Below, piece by piece: positions 39,526 to 51,190 of a stretch of 64,000 bases of DNA; position 1 is the stretch's first letter; every line of letters starts with the position of its first letter. The position numbers and the translations under genes were made by a program. This stretch comes from Octopus vulgaris (Eukaryota). The stretch is from assembly GCA_951406725.2 (NCBI GenBank), contig OX597835.1, positions 16,430,001 through 16,494,000 of the forward strand, written 5' to 3'. The notes under the pieces were generated by a model. The model saw nothing but the letters and a program-made list of their open reading frames with translations, made no database searches and had not been told where the DNA came from.

Positions 39526-39730
39526 TTGTTTGTCTCCCTAGCATTGCTTGACAACCGATGCTGATGTGTTTATGTCCCCGTTACTTAGCAGTTCGACAAA
39601 ATAGACCGATAGAATAAGTACTGGGCTTACAAAAGAATAAGTCCCGGGGTCGAGTTGCTCAATTAAAGGCAGTGCTCCAGCACGGCCGCAGTCAAATGAC
39701 TGAAACAAGTAAAAGAGTAAAGAGAGAGAG
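39306..39730 (+). mobile_element. SINE family B, young full length, nested in an older antisense B copy
   Basis: Near-consensus copy. Antisense B fragments continue on both sides (~39190-39270 and ~39731-39840). Confidence 0.88.
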
Positions 39731-39969
39731 TACTTATTCTATCAATCTCTTTTGTCAAATTGCTAAGTTACATGGACATAAACTAAACTAAACCAACACT
39801 AGTTGTCAAGCAGTGGTGTGGACAAACACAAAGACACACTCAAACACATACATATACATACATATTTGCCTCAATAAATTCCCAGCTAAGAAGCAGCTTC
39901 TATGTAATTACCCAACCCGCAAAAATGGCATCCAAATCTACCTCACATCACACATTATGCTGTCTTGAC

Positions 39970-40232
39970 AACGGCTGACAATGGTTATCCAAGTTACCCC
40001 AGATTCAACGATGGCAGAGAATGGTGCACCCAAGTTTCATTGATGGCTAAGAATTGCGTTGCCCCATGGTTAATAATGGTTGCTCCAGGTTCACTGAAGA
40101 TTGAAGAAGGTTACCGCAGTTATATGAATGGCTAAAAATGGTTACCCGAGTTTCATCGATGACCAAGAACGTTATTCCAGTTACTTCAGTTTCATCAATG
40201 GCTAAGAATAATTACCCTAGTTTCATCAACAT
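39970..40232. repeat. Degenerate ~30-bp minisatellite
   Basis: Variants of AATGGTTACCC.AGTTTCATCGATGGCTAAG, roughly 8 units. Confidence 0.7.
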
Positions 40233-40289
40233 GAGAAATGTAACAGACAATTCAGGTCATAAGCATATCAGACTAACAATCTTAACTAT

Positions 40290-40324
<35 letters not shown>

Positions 40325-40329
40325 TATAT

Positions 40330-40660
40330 TAAATTAGAGACAAAACCACTATTAGGCAAATCATACGATGAAAGACTTAAGCCAATACATAAGATTATTT
40401 AATTTATATTATTTAAATATATAACAAAATTATTAAAAAAATATAATTAATATATCACTATGATCATTTCATGGCTGTTAATTTCTTTAAATTTTCAAGT
40501 TACAGTCATTCATCAGGTGGTTTAAATATTTATCTTGGCGAGGTTTAAACATTGTTATATTAATATAATATAATATTTTACTATAAAATTGGATTCAATC
40601 CTAAATCTGATTTTTCCCTGTAAGTTTGGATTTATTCCCTAATATTTATTATTAATTTAT
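40330..40660 (-). mobile_element. (TA)n-flanked AT-rich element with hammerhead-like motif (long stem II)
   Basis: Minus strand 40520-40456 reads CCAC-CTGATGA-ATGACTGT..loop..ACAGCCAT-GAAA-TGA-TC-ATAGTG. Stem II pairs at 7 of 8 positions. Confidence 0.5.
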
Positions 40661-41580
40661 ATATATATATATAAAGAATTAAAAGTCTGGAATATCAAGT
40701 CACAAAATATGTGTGTGATTTATAAAAGTATAAAGTACACCCGACCCTTAAGGTCATAAGTACATCTGACATATAAGGTCATTAGTATAACTGATCACTA
40801 AGAACATACGTATATCTGGAATATATTATCATAAATAGGAACAACTTTTGATATTTCTGACAAGACAGACAAGTTGCAAGCATAACTTTTGTTTTAATTA
40901 CTATATGTATGTCTATTGTTTGTTTGTTTAATGCCAGTTTTTCCATGCTGGCATGGGTTGTATAAGGACTTATTTGAGGTAGGATTTTTTTGGCTGGACG
41001 CTTTTCCTGTCACCAGCCTTTACTTGTTTTTGAAGTACTTCTTTTTTCTTTTTACTTTTTAATTATTCCACAGGCCTTTGCAAGTGCAGAGCAGTAGAAT
41101 GGGAATCAAGAGAAAAACAAAAAAAAAAAAAAAAGGAAAAGGGAGCTATAACGGTAGGGTTTTATTTGCGGGGATATTTGACAGCCATTTCTAGCATGTC
41201 GAGTGACCACACAAAGGCTCTAGCCGCCGCCTCATGAACTGAAGTGGTTAAATAAAATAGCAAGTGTTATCCAAATAAAGACCTCGTCGAAATATTGACG
41301 TTCCCTGACATTGGCAGCAGCAAAAACAGGAATAACAAATCATCAATAAACAACATTGAACTTGGAAACTTCCTGGAGATGCCAGAGAGTGTTCTACAAC
41401 AGCGATTGTAATAGCTGTGAACATTAACTAACGAATATAATGTCATATATTATTGAAATCACATAAATAGTTGAGAAAATATATTTCTAACATATAGGGT
41501 AACCATAAAGTCTGGATACATGGGAAATCACTAATATTCTTGTGGATTGGGCTCCCAGCTCATCAGATATTAGTCCCTTG

Positions 41581-42190
41581 AAGGCATGTGACTTAGTGGT
41601 TGGAGTGTTTCGCTTATGGATCATAAAATCTATTTCTTTACTACCCACAAGGGGCTAAACACAGAGTGGACAAACAAGGACAGACAAACGGATTAAGTCG
41701 ATTATATCGACCCCAGTGCGTAACTGGTACTTATTTAATCGACCCCGAAAGGATGAAAGGCAAAGTCGACCTCGGTGGAATTTGAACTCAGAACGTAACG
41801 GCAGACAAAATACCTATTTCTTTACTACCCACAAGGGGCTAAACACAGAGGGGACAAACAAGGACAGATAAACAGATTAAGTCAATTATATCGACCCCAG
41901 TGCGTAACTGGTACTTATTTAATCGACCCCGAAAGTCGACCTCGGCGGAATTTGAACTCAGAATGTAACGGCAGACGAAATACGGCTAAGCATTTCGCCC
42001 GGCATGCTAACGTTTCTGCCAGCTTGCCTTATGGATCATAAAATCACGAGTTCAATTCCCAGCAGTACATTGTGTCCTTGAGCAAGACACTTTATTTCAC
42101 GTTGCTCCAGTCCACTCAGCTGGCAAAAATGAGTTGTACCTGTATTTCAAAGGGCCAGCCTTGTCACATTCTGTACCTTGCTGAATACCC
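41581..42190 (+). mobile_element. SINE family E carrying tail 1, interrupted by a SINE A insertion
   Basis: The head AAGGCATGTGACTTAGTGGTT resumes at 42046 with ACGAGTTCAATTCCC..GTGTCCTTGAGCAAGACACTT, then TGTACCTGTATTTCAAAGGGCCAGCC (tail 1). Confidence 0.75.
41631..42028 (-). mobile_element. SINE family A with duplicated 3' region and 17-bp TSD
   Basis: TTATGGATCATAAAATC at 41614 and 42029. Two tandem tails start at 41631 and ~41815. Confidence 0.9.
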
Positions 42191-42572
42191 TTCTTAATGC
42201 CAACCATTCCGAGAGTGTAGTAGGTGCTTTTTGCATGCCACCAGCACAGGCATCAGCCACACTTGAATGATGTTTTTTACGTGCCACTGGTATGGGTGCC
42301 AATCACGGTGGCACTGGCATCAGCCACATTCGAATGGTACTTTTTACATACCACCAGCATGGGTGCCAATCAGGTGGCACTGGCATCAGCCACATTCGAA
42401 TGGTACTTTTTACGTGCCACTGGCATGGGTGCCAATCAGGTGGCACTGGCATCAGCCACATTCGAATGGTACTTTTTACATACCACCAGCATGGGTGCCA
42501 GTCAGGCGGCACTGGCATTGGCCACATTTGAATGGTGCTTTTTACATGCCACTGGCATGGGTGCCAGTCAGA
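42190..42572 (-). repeat. Family C internal 66-bp tandem repeat, about 5 units
   Basis: TGGTACTTTTTAC at 42335, 42401 and 42467 gives a 66-bp period. Confidence 0.9.
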
Positions 42573-42933
42573 TCAAAATAAAATAGAAGAGAAGAATAAA
42601 ACAAATTATATGATGGCCTGCAGCTATGTCTGACACAACTGTTATACAGCTTTGCTGTAATTTTCTTGTTGCTTACGTCAGCAAACTTTATGGTCACCTT
42701 GTATGAGATTATATCAGCGTTATAGTAAACATCCCTGACACTACATTGGGCCAACCGATGTCTCATGAGTGAATTTGGCAGTCATAGACAGAATTAAGCC
42801 CATCATAAGTGAGTGTGTTGTGTGTACAGAAGACTGCACCAGACAGTAGAGTTTGGGGTAGTTACCTGGCTTGCCAGCTCCTGTTAAACCATCCAACGCA
42901 TGCCAGCATGGAAGGCAGACATTAAACGGTGAT

Positions 42934-42969
<36 letters not shown>

Positions 42970-43111
42970 TATTTTTGTGTATGTGAGTATTTGAATGATT
43001 TTTAAGAGCAAACATGCATACTGATATTGACATCCTTTGCTGGCATTATGACTGCTTCCTCTGAAGTTTCAAAGACTTATGGAAATATAAAAATCCTTTA
43101 CCTGAAAAAAC

Positions 43112-43146
<35 letters not shown>

Positions 43147-43147
<1 letters not shown>

Positions 43148-43432
43148 TTTTACTTGTTTCAGTCATTTGACTGCAGCCATGCTGGAGCTTTGCCTTTAGC
43201 CGACAGAATCGACCTCAGGACTTATTCTTTCTAAGCCTAGCACTTACTGTCGGCCTCTTTTGCTGAACTGCTAAGTCACGGGACATAAATACACCAACAT
43301 CTGTTCCACTCACAAGGCTTATGTCGGCCCAAGGTCATAAACGACACTTGTCCAAGGTGCCACGCAATGGGACTGAGCCCAGAACCATGTAGTTGGGAAG
43401 CAAGCTTCTTACCACACAGCCACTCCTGCACC
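43147..43432 (-). mobile_element. SINE family B with internal deletion
   Basis: Tail and head are present; the internal microsatellite segment is missing. Confidence 0.75.
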
Positions 43433-43433
43433 T

Positions 43434-43534
<101 letters not shown>

Positions 43535-43946
43535 TATATATATATATATATATATATATCGTATATATATATATATACGGTAGCTAAAACAGCAGTATTA
43601 AAGCAAAATGTAAGCAATATAAGTCAGATATAGACTAAAAGCACTCACAAACAACACATAACATATATACACATCAATATAAGATATATATCAATCACAT
43701 GAGTATTAAGTATAAACTCTCAGCAGACAGATTGATTAGTTAACACCTTTCGTTGCTACAACAGATTATGTCAACTCTTTCGATTTTAAATCTTTTTGCT
43801 CACCTCAAGGTCAGCTGTTCTCCGTTTTACATGACAGATACAAAAATACTGGGTCATTAGCTAAACGCCCAAAAACATGAAACGTTTTTTCTACCTTTTA
43901 CTTGTTTCAGTCACTGGACTACGCCCATGCAGGGTTACCACGTTAA

Positions 43947-44167
43947 CCCTTTCGTTACTGTATTTGTTTTGAGATGCTCTGTGTTTCTTGCAATTATTTT
44001 AAATATAACAAAGAATTTAGTAAAATAACTTAGTTATCATTAAGCTAGTGTTAGGGACATAAATTGTGACTAAGGTTTGGTGGAAGATTTTGATTCAAAA
44101 TTTATGAAAACAAGACATTTGTACTACAGAACCAGAGGCAGTTTCAGCCGGGTTGGTAACGAAAGGG
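43947..44167. mobile_element. piggyBac-type MITE inserted in an antisense SINE B
   Basis: Perfect TIRs CCCTTTCGTTAC / GTAACGAAAGGG. Left flank is TTAA and right flank TTTG. SINE B sequence continues on both sides. Confidence 0.8.
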
Positions 44168-45096
44168 TTTGAAGGATTTAGTTGAACAGATTGACCCCAC
44201 TACTTATTTTTAAGCTTGACAGTGGACCGAGATATGTGGCACATTGCTGTACTCAAGAAGACCCACCCACCACAACAGAACTGAGATCCTAAAATCAAGG
44301 TTCCACATAAAAGGCACTGGTGTGGGTGCTGGTGCCATGTAAGAAGCACCCAGTGCACTCTGTAAAGTGGTTGGTGTCAGGAGGAGCATCAAGCTGTGGA
44401 AACAATGCCAAAGTAGACTATGGAACCTGGTGTGGCTCCTGACCCTGCCAGTACTTTCAAGCTGTCCAACCCATGCCAGCATGGAAAACGGTCATTAAAT
44501 GTTGATAAGGACTAATGATGTACTTATTCTATTGGTCTATTTTGCTGAACCACAAAGCCACAGAGATGTAAACAAACCAATACTGGTTGTCAAGCAGTGA
44601 TAGACAAGGGGACACACACAATGGACTTTTTTCAGTTTCTGTTCACCAAATCCACACACAGTGCATTGGTTGGCTTGGGACTATAGTAGAAGACACTTGC
44701 CCCCCAAGGTTCCACACTAGGACACCTTGGAGACCGAACCCAAGACCACCTGGTTGGTAAGCAAGCTTCTCCACTGCACGGCCACGCCTACGCTTAATAA
44801 TGTACAATAATGAATAATCATAGGTCGTAGGTAGGTAAGTAGGTAGGTTGTAGTAAGCAGAAGGTCAGCCATGTTAATGACCTTCTAAAGAAGTGAAACG
44901 TGTGCAATTTCTAGCTAATAATCTGAAAGGTCATCCCAATTTGTGATGAATATGCCAGTACTTCGTGATGAATCGCAGAATACTTTTTTCAAAGTTGAAT
45001 AGAATTTCAGGTCAATATTTGGGGAATTTAACAAAAGAGTATGTCCGCAAAATTTTTGTTAGTTGCCATCTATCATTTTTAAGAAAATAAGCACCC

Positions 45097-45268
45097 ACTA
45101 CACTCACGGAGTGGTTGGTGTTAGGAAGGGCATCCAGCTGTAGGAACATTGCCAGATAAGACTAGAGCCTGGTGCAGCCTTCTGGCTTCCCAGATACCCG
45201 GTCGAACTGTCCAACCCATGCTAGCATGGAGAACGGACGTTAAACGATGATGATGATGATGATGTGAT
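45097..45268 (+). mobile_element. Family C 3' part
   Basis: CACTCACGGAGTGGTTGG...GGACGTTAAAC(GAT)n. Confidence 0.8.
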
Positions 45269-45504
45269 GCAGGCATGGCTCTCTGGTTAAGAAACTTGCT
45301 TCTCAATTGTGTGATCTTGAGTTCTGTCCCACTGTGTGACACCTTGGGCAAGTGGTTTCTACTAGATCTCCAAGCTGACCAAAGCGTTGTGAGTGGATTT
45401 GGTGCATGGAAACTGAAAGCCTGTCGTGTGTATATATACACACACACACATAATGGCTTAACTAGTCAAAACTTTGAAGTCACTGTTAACAACATTCTTG
45501 TTTC

Positions 45505-45780
45505 ATCAGCATCATCATCGTTTAACGTCCGCTTTCTATGCTAGCATGGGTTGGACAATCGACTGAGGGCTGGCAAACCAGATGGCTGCACCAGGCTTCA
45601 ACCTTGATCTGGCAGAGTTTCTACAGCTGGATGCCCTTCCTAACGCCAACCACTCCAAGAGTGTAGTGGGTGCATTTACATGCCACCGGCACGGGGCCAG
45701 TCAGACGGTACTGGCAACAACCTCGCTCGAATCTTTTACACATGCCACCGGCACAGGTGCTAGTAAGGCGATGCTGGTAA
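45505..45780 (-). mobile_element. Family C
   Basis: (CAT)n GTTTAACGTCCG...GGATGCCCTTCCTAACGCCAACCACTCC. Confidence 0.8.
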
Positions 45781-46311
45781 CATATGAATAATAAATTTGT
45801 ACTCTACAAGAGTACAGAATATCCCATCAAATTAATGTAAAATTGTTTTTATAATAACTGAACATAAAAACAAACATGTGTGTTTGTGTGTGTGTGTACA
45901 AACCCCTGCCTAGATATCCCATGATAATCATAAATGAGGAACATCATGATACAAGCAAAGTCATTCATTTCCAGTCTTTCTTGAAACACATGTCAAGCTA
46001 TGAGAAAGCATTACCCAGCTTGGAAACAAGACAAGTGAGGGTTGGTGACAGAAAGGGCATCCAACTATAGAAGGTCTGTCTCAACAGAATTCCATCCAAC
46101 CCATGCCAGTATTGGAAATTGGATGTTAAAATGATGATGATGGTGTATAGAGTAAAAGACCCAAAATTCGTAGTAGCCATGCCTTGCAAGGAAGCATGAC
46201 CTGGTAGCCAGTACCATGTTTTCACTAACTGCTTTAGTTGCCTGTGTAGTCATGAGCAGACCTAGACACACCTCAGCTCTCCAACACCCAGGGGAACATC
46301 GAGGCTGTGAA

Positions 46312-46450
46312 GGCACGTGGCCTAGTGGTTAAGGTGTTAGACTCATCATCGTAAGGATTATGGGTTTGATTCCTAGACCTGGAAGCACATTGTGTCCTTA
46401 AGCAAAGCACTTCCACTCATGCCACTCCAGTGTATTCTGCTGAAAACATG
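46312..46450 (+). mobile_element. SINE family E head
   Basis: GGCACGTGGCCTAGTGGTTAAGG..GGTTTGATTCC..TGTGTCCTTAAGCAAAGCACTT. Confidence 0.65.
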
Positions 46451-46554
46451 TACAATTTGAGTGTTAGCAACTGCCTCTGTCCCTTCATAAAGCAACAAAG
46501 AAGCCTCTATATAGCTACTCTAACAGTTAGAGATTAGCATACCTAAGGCCACTG

Positions 46555-47220
46555 GGCCAATCAATCAGGGCTGACCTGGGGCTAAACAAAAACATTGGTT
46601 AAAACAAAGTGGGAGCTTCTGTATGGTTGCTCAGGCAGCTAGAAATAGCAGTCAAATATCCCTTGAATAATAAATCCTTAAATCCTTAAAAATGTTTCAG
46701 CCCGAAGGCTGCGGCCATGCTGGGGCACAACAAAAAAAAGGAAGACATTAGGTAATATAGTCCAAGATATATTGTACTTGTATAAAAGACAACATGCTTG
46801 TGGCTGGAATATCTTTGATCATAGATTTGCTGGATGAGAGCTGACCTGGTGCTAAATAACCACAACTACAACCACCAAAACAAAAGCAAACACAGGAACA
46901 TTTATGCAGCTACTCAACCAGCTAGAAAGAGCAGCAAAATATTGCTCATATCAAACTATCATATTTAAAAAAAAGGGGAAGAACACTTTAGAAAATGTAA
47001 TCCTAGATACACTATGATTGGATAGAAGACAGACTGGTCATGACTCAGAAGATCATTGGTTTACTGAATTAGGACTGACCTAGGGCTAAATAACAACAAA
47101 AGAAGATACATTAGATGATGTGTTCCTAGATACACTATGACTGACTAAAAGATAGGCCAGTCATAGCTGAGATGTCTTTTGATCATTGATCTACTGGATC
47201 AAGATTGGCCTGGGGCCTGT
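46555..47220 (+). repeat. Tandem run of about four family F units
   Basis: GCTGACCTGGGGCTAAA(C/T)AAC-like ends at ~46570, 46840, 47073 and 47205, with CCTAGATACACTATGA repeated. Confidence 0.75.
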
Positions 47221-48708
47221 TAACCTCAATTTCATATTTTGCTATAAATTTTCTTTCATTCAAAAAAAAAATAAAAAATAAAAAAAAAACCCATAAGACA
47301 TATGTCATGAAAAGAAAGAAAAAAAACCTAAACATCTATTTGCATATAAATATATTTTCCAATCAAATTAAATGAAATAAGTCTAAATATTCAAACACAA
47401 AATAGATTGATTTTTCTCCTGTTATAATTATATTTTCTGACATCATCATCATCAATAATAATAATAATGATAATAATAAGTAAAAAATATATATATATAT
47501 ATATATAAAGTTAATAATAAAAAGCTAACAACAAAATGAAAATATCAAAAAAAAATTAAACAATTTTATTTTATATCTCTATCACAAGATGCAGTTTAAG
47601 AATTTTCTCTCTCTCTCTCTCTCTCTCTCCATTTACAGAATGTGGTTTTTTTAATAATTTTTTTTCTTAATGATCATTTCACAATCTAACGTTGTCGGCA
47701 TAAAATTCTAACGTTGGTTTTCTAGTTTTTAGCATTCCTAAACATTTTGGTGAGGAATTTTGAGTTTTCTTGCTTTCGCTTCTTCCTACACTAACTACTT
47801 TGTTTTTATAATTATTATTATTATTATTACGATTATTATTATTATTATTACGATTATTATTATTATTATTACGATTATTATTATTATTCAAACAGTGATT
47901 GCTCGAGGAAACAGCAGTGATTCTAACAAACGAACAACCAACAGTTATTATTATTATTATTATTATTTTCTTTTGTACATGGCTGGCGTACAAGAATATA
48001 GAAATGCACAAAATTTCTTAGCCGAAACTTTTTCCGGCGCTAATTGAAGCTTGAACATTGTGTTATTTCTTAGACACGTATGTAACTTTCTCCGTCTCCA
48101 TCCGACAGCGGCAAACTAGCAACACGAAGAGATTGAAAGATAAAAAAGCTCGCCATCTGTTACTTGAAGAAATAACTACAGAGTAACAGCGTATTATTTA
48201 TCAACATCTTCCTAAGCTGTATTAAGATAAAATTTCAAAAATGATCTTAAACCATTTCTAGCAAAATTCAGAAGTTTTCTTCTTCTTTTGCATCTCAGTA
48301 TTAATCTGATGCTTTTACTTGATTCCAACATATTGGGGTAGATTGGGACTTTTTTGTTTTTTGTTTTTTTTCCATAAAGAGGAAAATTCTTTGAAACAGT
48401 TTTTCTTTGGTAATTTTGCCCGATAATGAAGCACCACAATTCTATAAGCACGCACACACACACACATGTATACACATACATATATATATTACTCTACCAC
48501 TGGTATTTGAGTACTCTTTTTTCCACCTTGTTTCACATTTATGTGTTTACTCCGGTATATATATATACATACACACACACACATGTATATACATATATAT
48601 ATACACATAAATATATGTACTTATATATACACACACAAATATATACATACATATATAGATACACAAATATATATGTATGCACACACACACACACACATGT
48701 ATATATAA

Positions 48709-48752
<44 letters not shown>

Positions 48753-48859
48753 CACACACACACACGTACACACTAACACATACATGTGTGTGTGTATACA
48801 GATACCTTTTACTATTTTACTGTTTTTTAATCACTGAACCATGGCCATACTGATGAGAT

Positions 48860-49190
48860 AATGATAAGATAGAGTGTTTTCAGACTGACATTGTAGGGTA
48901 GGTGTGAAAGGTTGGATCTGGTCAGTTCTGGACACAAAACAGAATATTATGTTGGATATGGCTGGTCTAATTCATTACCATTCAGATGACTCTGTCAAAT
49001 GTAATGCTTATTTATTAACACTGTTTGGAATTAATCAGGTACCATCTCATAGCTTTGAGATTTCAATGATGTAATTATTTTTTGACTGACATTGTAGGGT
49101 AGGTGTAAGAAGCTGGGTCTAGCCAATTTGAATGTAAAACAGGTAGAATATTTCGGCTGGATATGGTTGGTTTAAATACTGTAGAACTAA
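48860..49190 (+). mobile_element. Two tandem partial copies of piggyBac-type MITE family 2
   Basis: GACTGACATTGTAGGGTAGGTGT...GAATATT...GGATATGG occurs twice and is homologous to 6542-6756. Confidence 0.55.
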
Positions 49191-49435
49191 TGCACTAAAA
49201 ACTTTTTTTTTCCTGAATATGCGCTACGGCAATTGCAGTGCATCTAATATAGCCATGTATTTTTTATGCCATCAAATATGGTATTTTATTCTCTAATGAA
49301 ACCAAGAGAAACAAACATTTTCACAAGTGATACTTTCAATAATGTAATTTGTAAAAGACAGGATGGATGGCCATGGTTTAAAGGCTTATGAGCATAAATT
49401 TGTTCAACAAAGGTTCACTAAGTGTTAAACAACAT

Positions 49436-49950
49436 CATTATCATCATCATTTAACGTCCGCTTTCCATGCTGGCATGGGTCGGATGGTTTGACTGAGGGC
49501 TGGCAAGCCAGAAGGCTGCACCACGTTCCAATCCAATCTGGTAAAGTTTCTACAGCTGGATGCCCTTCCTAATGCCAACCACTCTGAGATGCTTTTTATG
49601 TAGGTGCTTTTTACATGCCACCGGCATGAGGGTCATTCAGGCGGCACTGGCAACGACCAAGCTCGAATGGTGTTTTTTACATGCCACCAGCACGGGACCA
49701 GTCAACTGGTACTGGTATCGACCACGCTGAAATGGTGCTTTTTATGTGCCACCGGCATGGGAGCCAGTCAGGCGGCACTGGCAATGATCATGCTCGAATG
49801 GTGCTTTTTACGTGCCAATCAGGCAGTACTGTCTTTGGCCATGACAACGATTTCATTTGCCTCAACAGGTCTTCACAAGCGCAGTTTATTGCCCAATGAT
49901 TGAAGGGTACTCCTAAACGGGCTGGTTATGCTGCACTGGCATAGGCCAAA
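49436..49950 (-). mobile_element. Family C, longest copy in the window
   Basis: Tail, internal GC-rich subrepeats and about 100 bp of extra 5' sequence. Confidence 0.8.
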
Positions 49951-50779
49951 GAAAGTAAGAAGTACAAGGAGGACATGAAGAAGCACTATGCAACAAGGGA
50001 CTGCCTGAAGAAAAGAACATTGTAAAAAAAAGAGACGAAGCGCACCGTGCAGGCAGCACAAAACCAAGCTTTGGCCACAAATTAGAGGCTCAATCTTGGG
50101 AATGAGCACGTATCTCCACTGTGCCAAATCTGTAAGAGAGTGGGTGAAACCATCGACCATATCGTGAATGAATGTTCTGGACTTGGCCAAAACCATTCTG
50201 TTGTAGTAACACGATGAGGTGGCAAAATTCCTACACTAATAACTGTGTGAAAAATTGTGGTTAGAGCAAGGCAAGACATGGTATGAGCACAAATCGTAGA
50301 GAGTGGTGGAGTCAGAGACCTGCAAAATCCTGCGGTATTACCCAATCCAAACAAACCACATGTTTAAGCACAAGCCAAACCTAGTGGTGGTGGACAAGAT
50401 GAATCACAGGTACTCTATAAGGGATGTTGCGTGCCCTTTTGATCCACAAATAGTCAAGAAGGAAAACAAAAAACAAAAAAAAGACATACACAACCCTCTT
50501 AAATACAAAATAGCCTGATTATGGAAAATGGAAAAGGTGACGATAATGCCAATTATTGATGGGTCCTTGACGATAATATCAGAAGGTATCAGAAAGAATG
50601 TAAAGGAATTGTGAATAGAATGCCCAGTAGAGCTGCTGGAGAAGGTTTGCATCCTTGGCATGATCAGAATCATTGGGAAAGTATTAGTTGAAAAGAACAG
50701 AAAGCATGGTACCATAGGCTGCAGGTAGCAAGCCCACAATGCATGCAAAACTCCATGAGTTCCAACAAAACCTGAGTTA
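49951..50779 (+). pseudogene. Decayed R4/Dong-clade non-LTR retrotransposon, 3' portion (CCHC zinc knuckle + restriction-like endonuclease)
   Basis: Conceptual translation with stops and a frameshift: AAQNQAL...SPLCQICKRVGETIDHIVNEC...HDEVAKFLH...WYEH...KILRYYPIQTNH..KPNLVVVDK..IRDVACPFD..KKE..PIIDGSL..ILGMIRIIGKVL. It is followed directly by (TAA)n. Confidence 0.88.
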
Positions 50780-50801
50780 ATAATAATAATAATAATAATA
50801 A

Positions 50802-50916
50802 TGGTTGTGATGTATGTGCCTGGTGTACCCTTATCAGACGAGTAGTCATGATGGGTATACTGGGCTTCGTATATTTTACCCCAGTGTCACTTTGATGGCA
50901 TGAACTGCTCTCTCAC

Positions 50917-50918
<2 letters not shown>
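50802..50918 (+). mobile_element. Short element bounded by (TAA)n on both sides (possible LINE/SINE 3' end)
   Basis: Unique ~117 bp ending CTGCTCTCTCACT-(TAA)n, lying between two TAA runs. Confidence 0.45.
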
Positions 50919-50959
<41 letters not shown>

Positions 50960-50961
<2 letters not shown>

Positions 50962-51190
50962 TTCCTTTCTACTATAGGTACAAGGCCTGAAAATTTTGGG
51001 GGAGGGAACTAGTTGATTGCATCGACCCCGCCAGTGCATGACAGGTACTTAATTCATCAATCCCGAAAGGATGAAAAGTAAACTCAAACCTTAGAACACA
51101 AGGAATTTGAACTCAGAAAGTAAGGACAGAAAAAAAAATGCTTAGCAGCATTTCGTCCAGCCTACTAACGATTCTGCCAGCTCACTACCT
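50960..51190 (-). mobile_element. SINE A variant with (ATT)n tail
   Basis: Reverse complement of the 38361-type variant. Confidence 0.75.

Noticed and set aside
42224-42586. ORFs with 22-aa repeats
   Set aside because: A consequence of the 66-bp tandem repeat inside family C; several frames are open at once.
43735-43790. Further possible hammerhead remnants (also ~11345-11400 and ~33255-33295, minus strand)
   Set aside because: Only partial core or stem II matches; too degenerate to separate from chance.
50303-50518. 71 aa ORF as a host gene
   Set aside because: It is a stop-bounded piece of the decayed Dong/R4 endonuclease domain.
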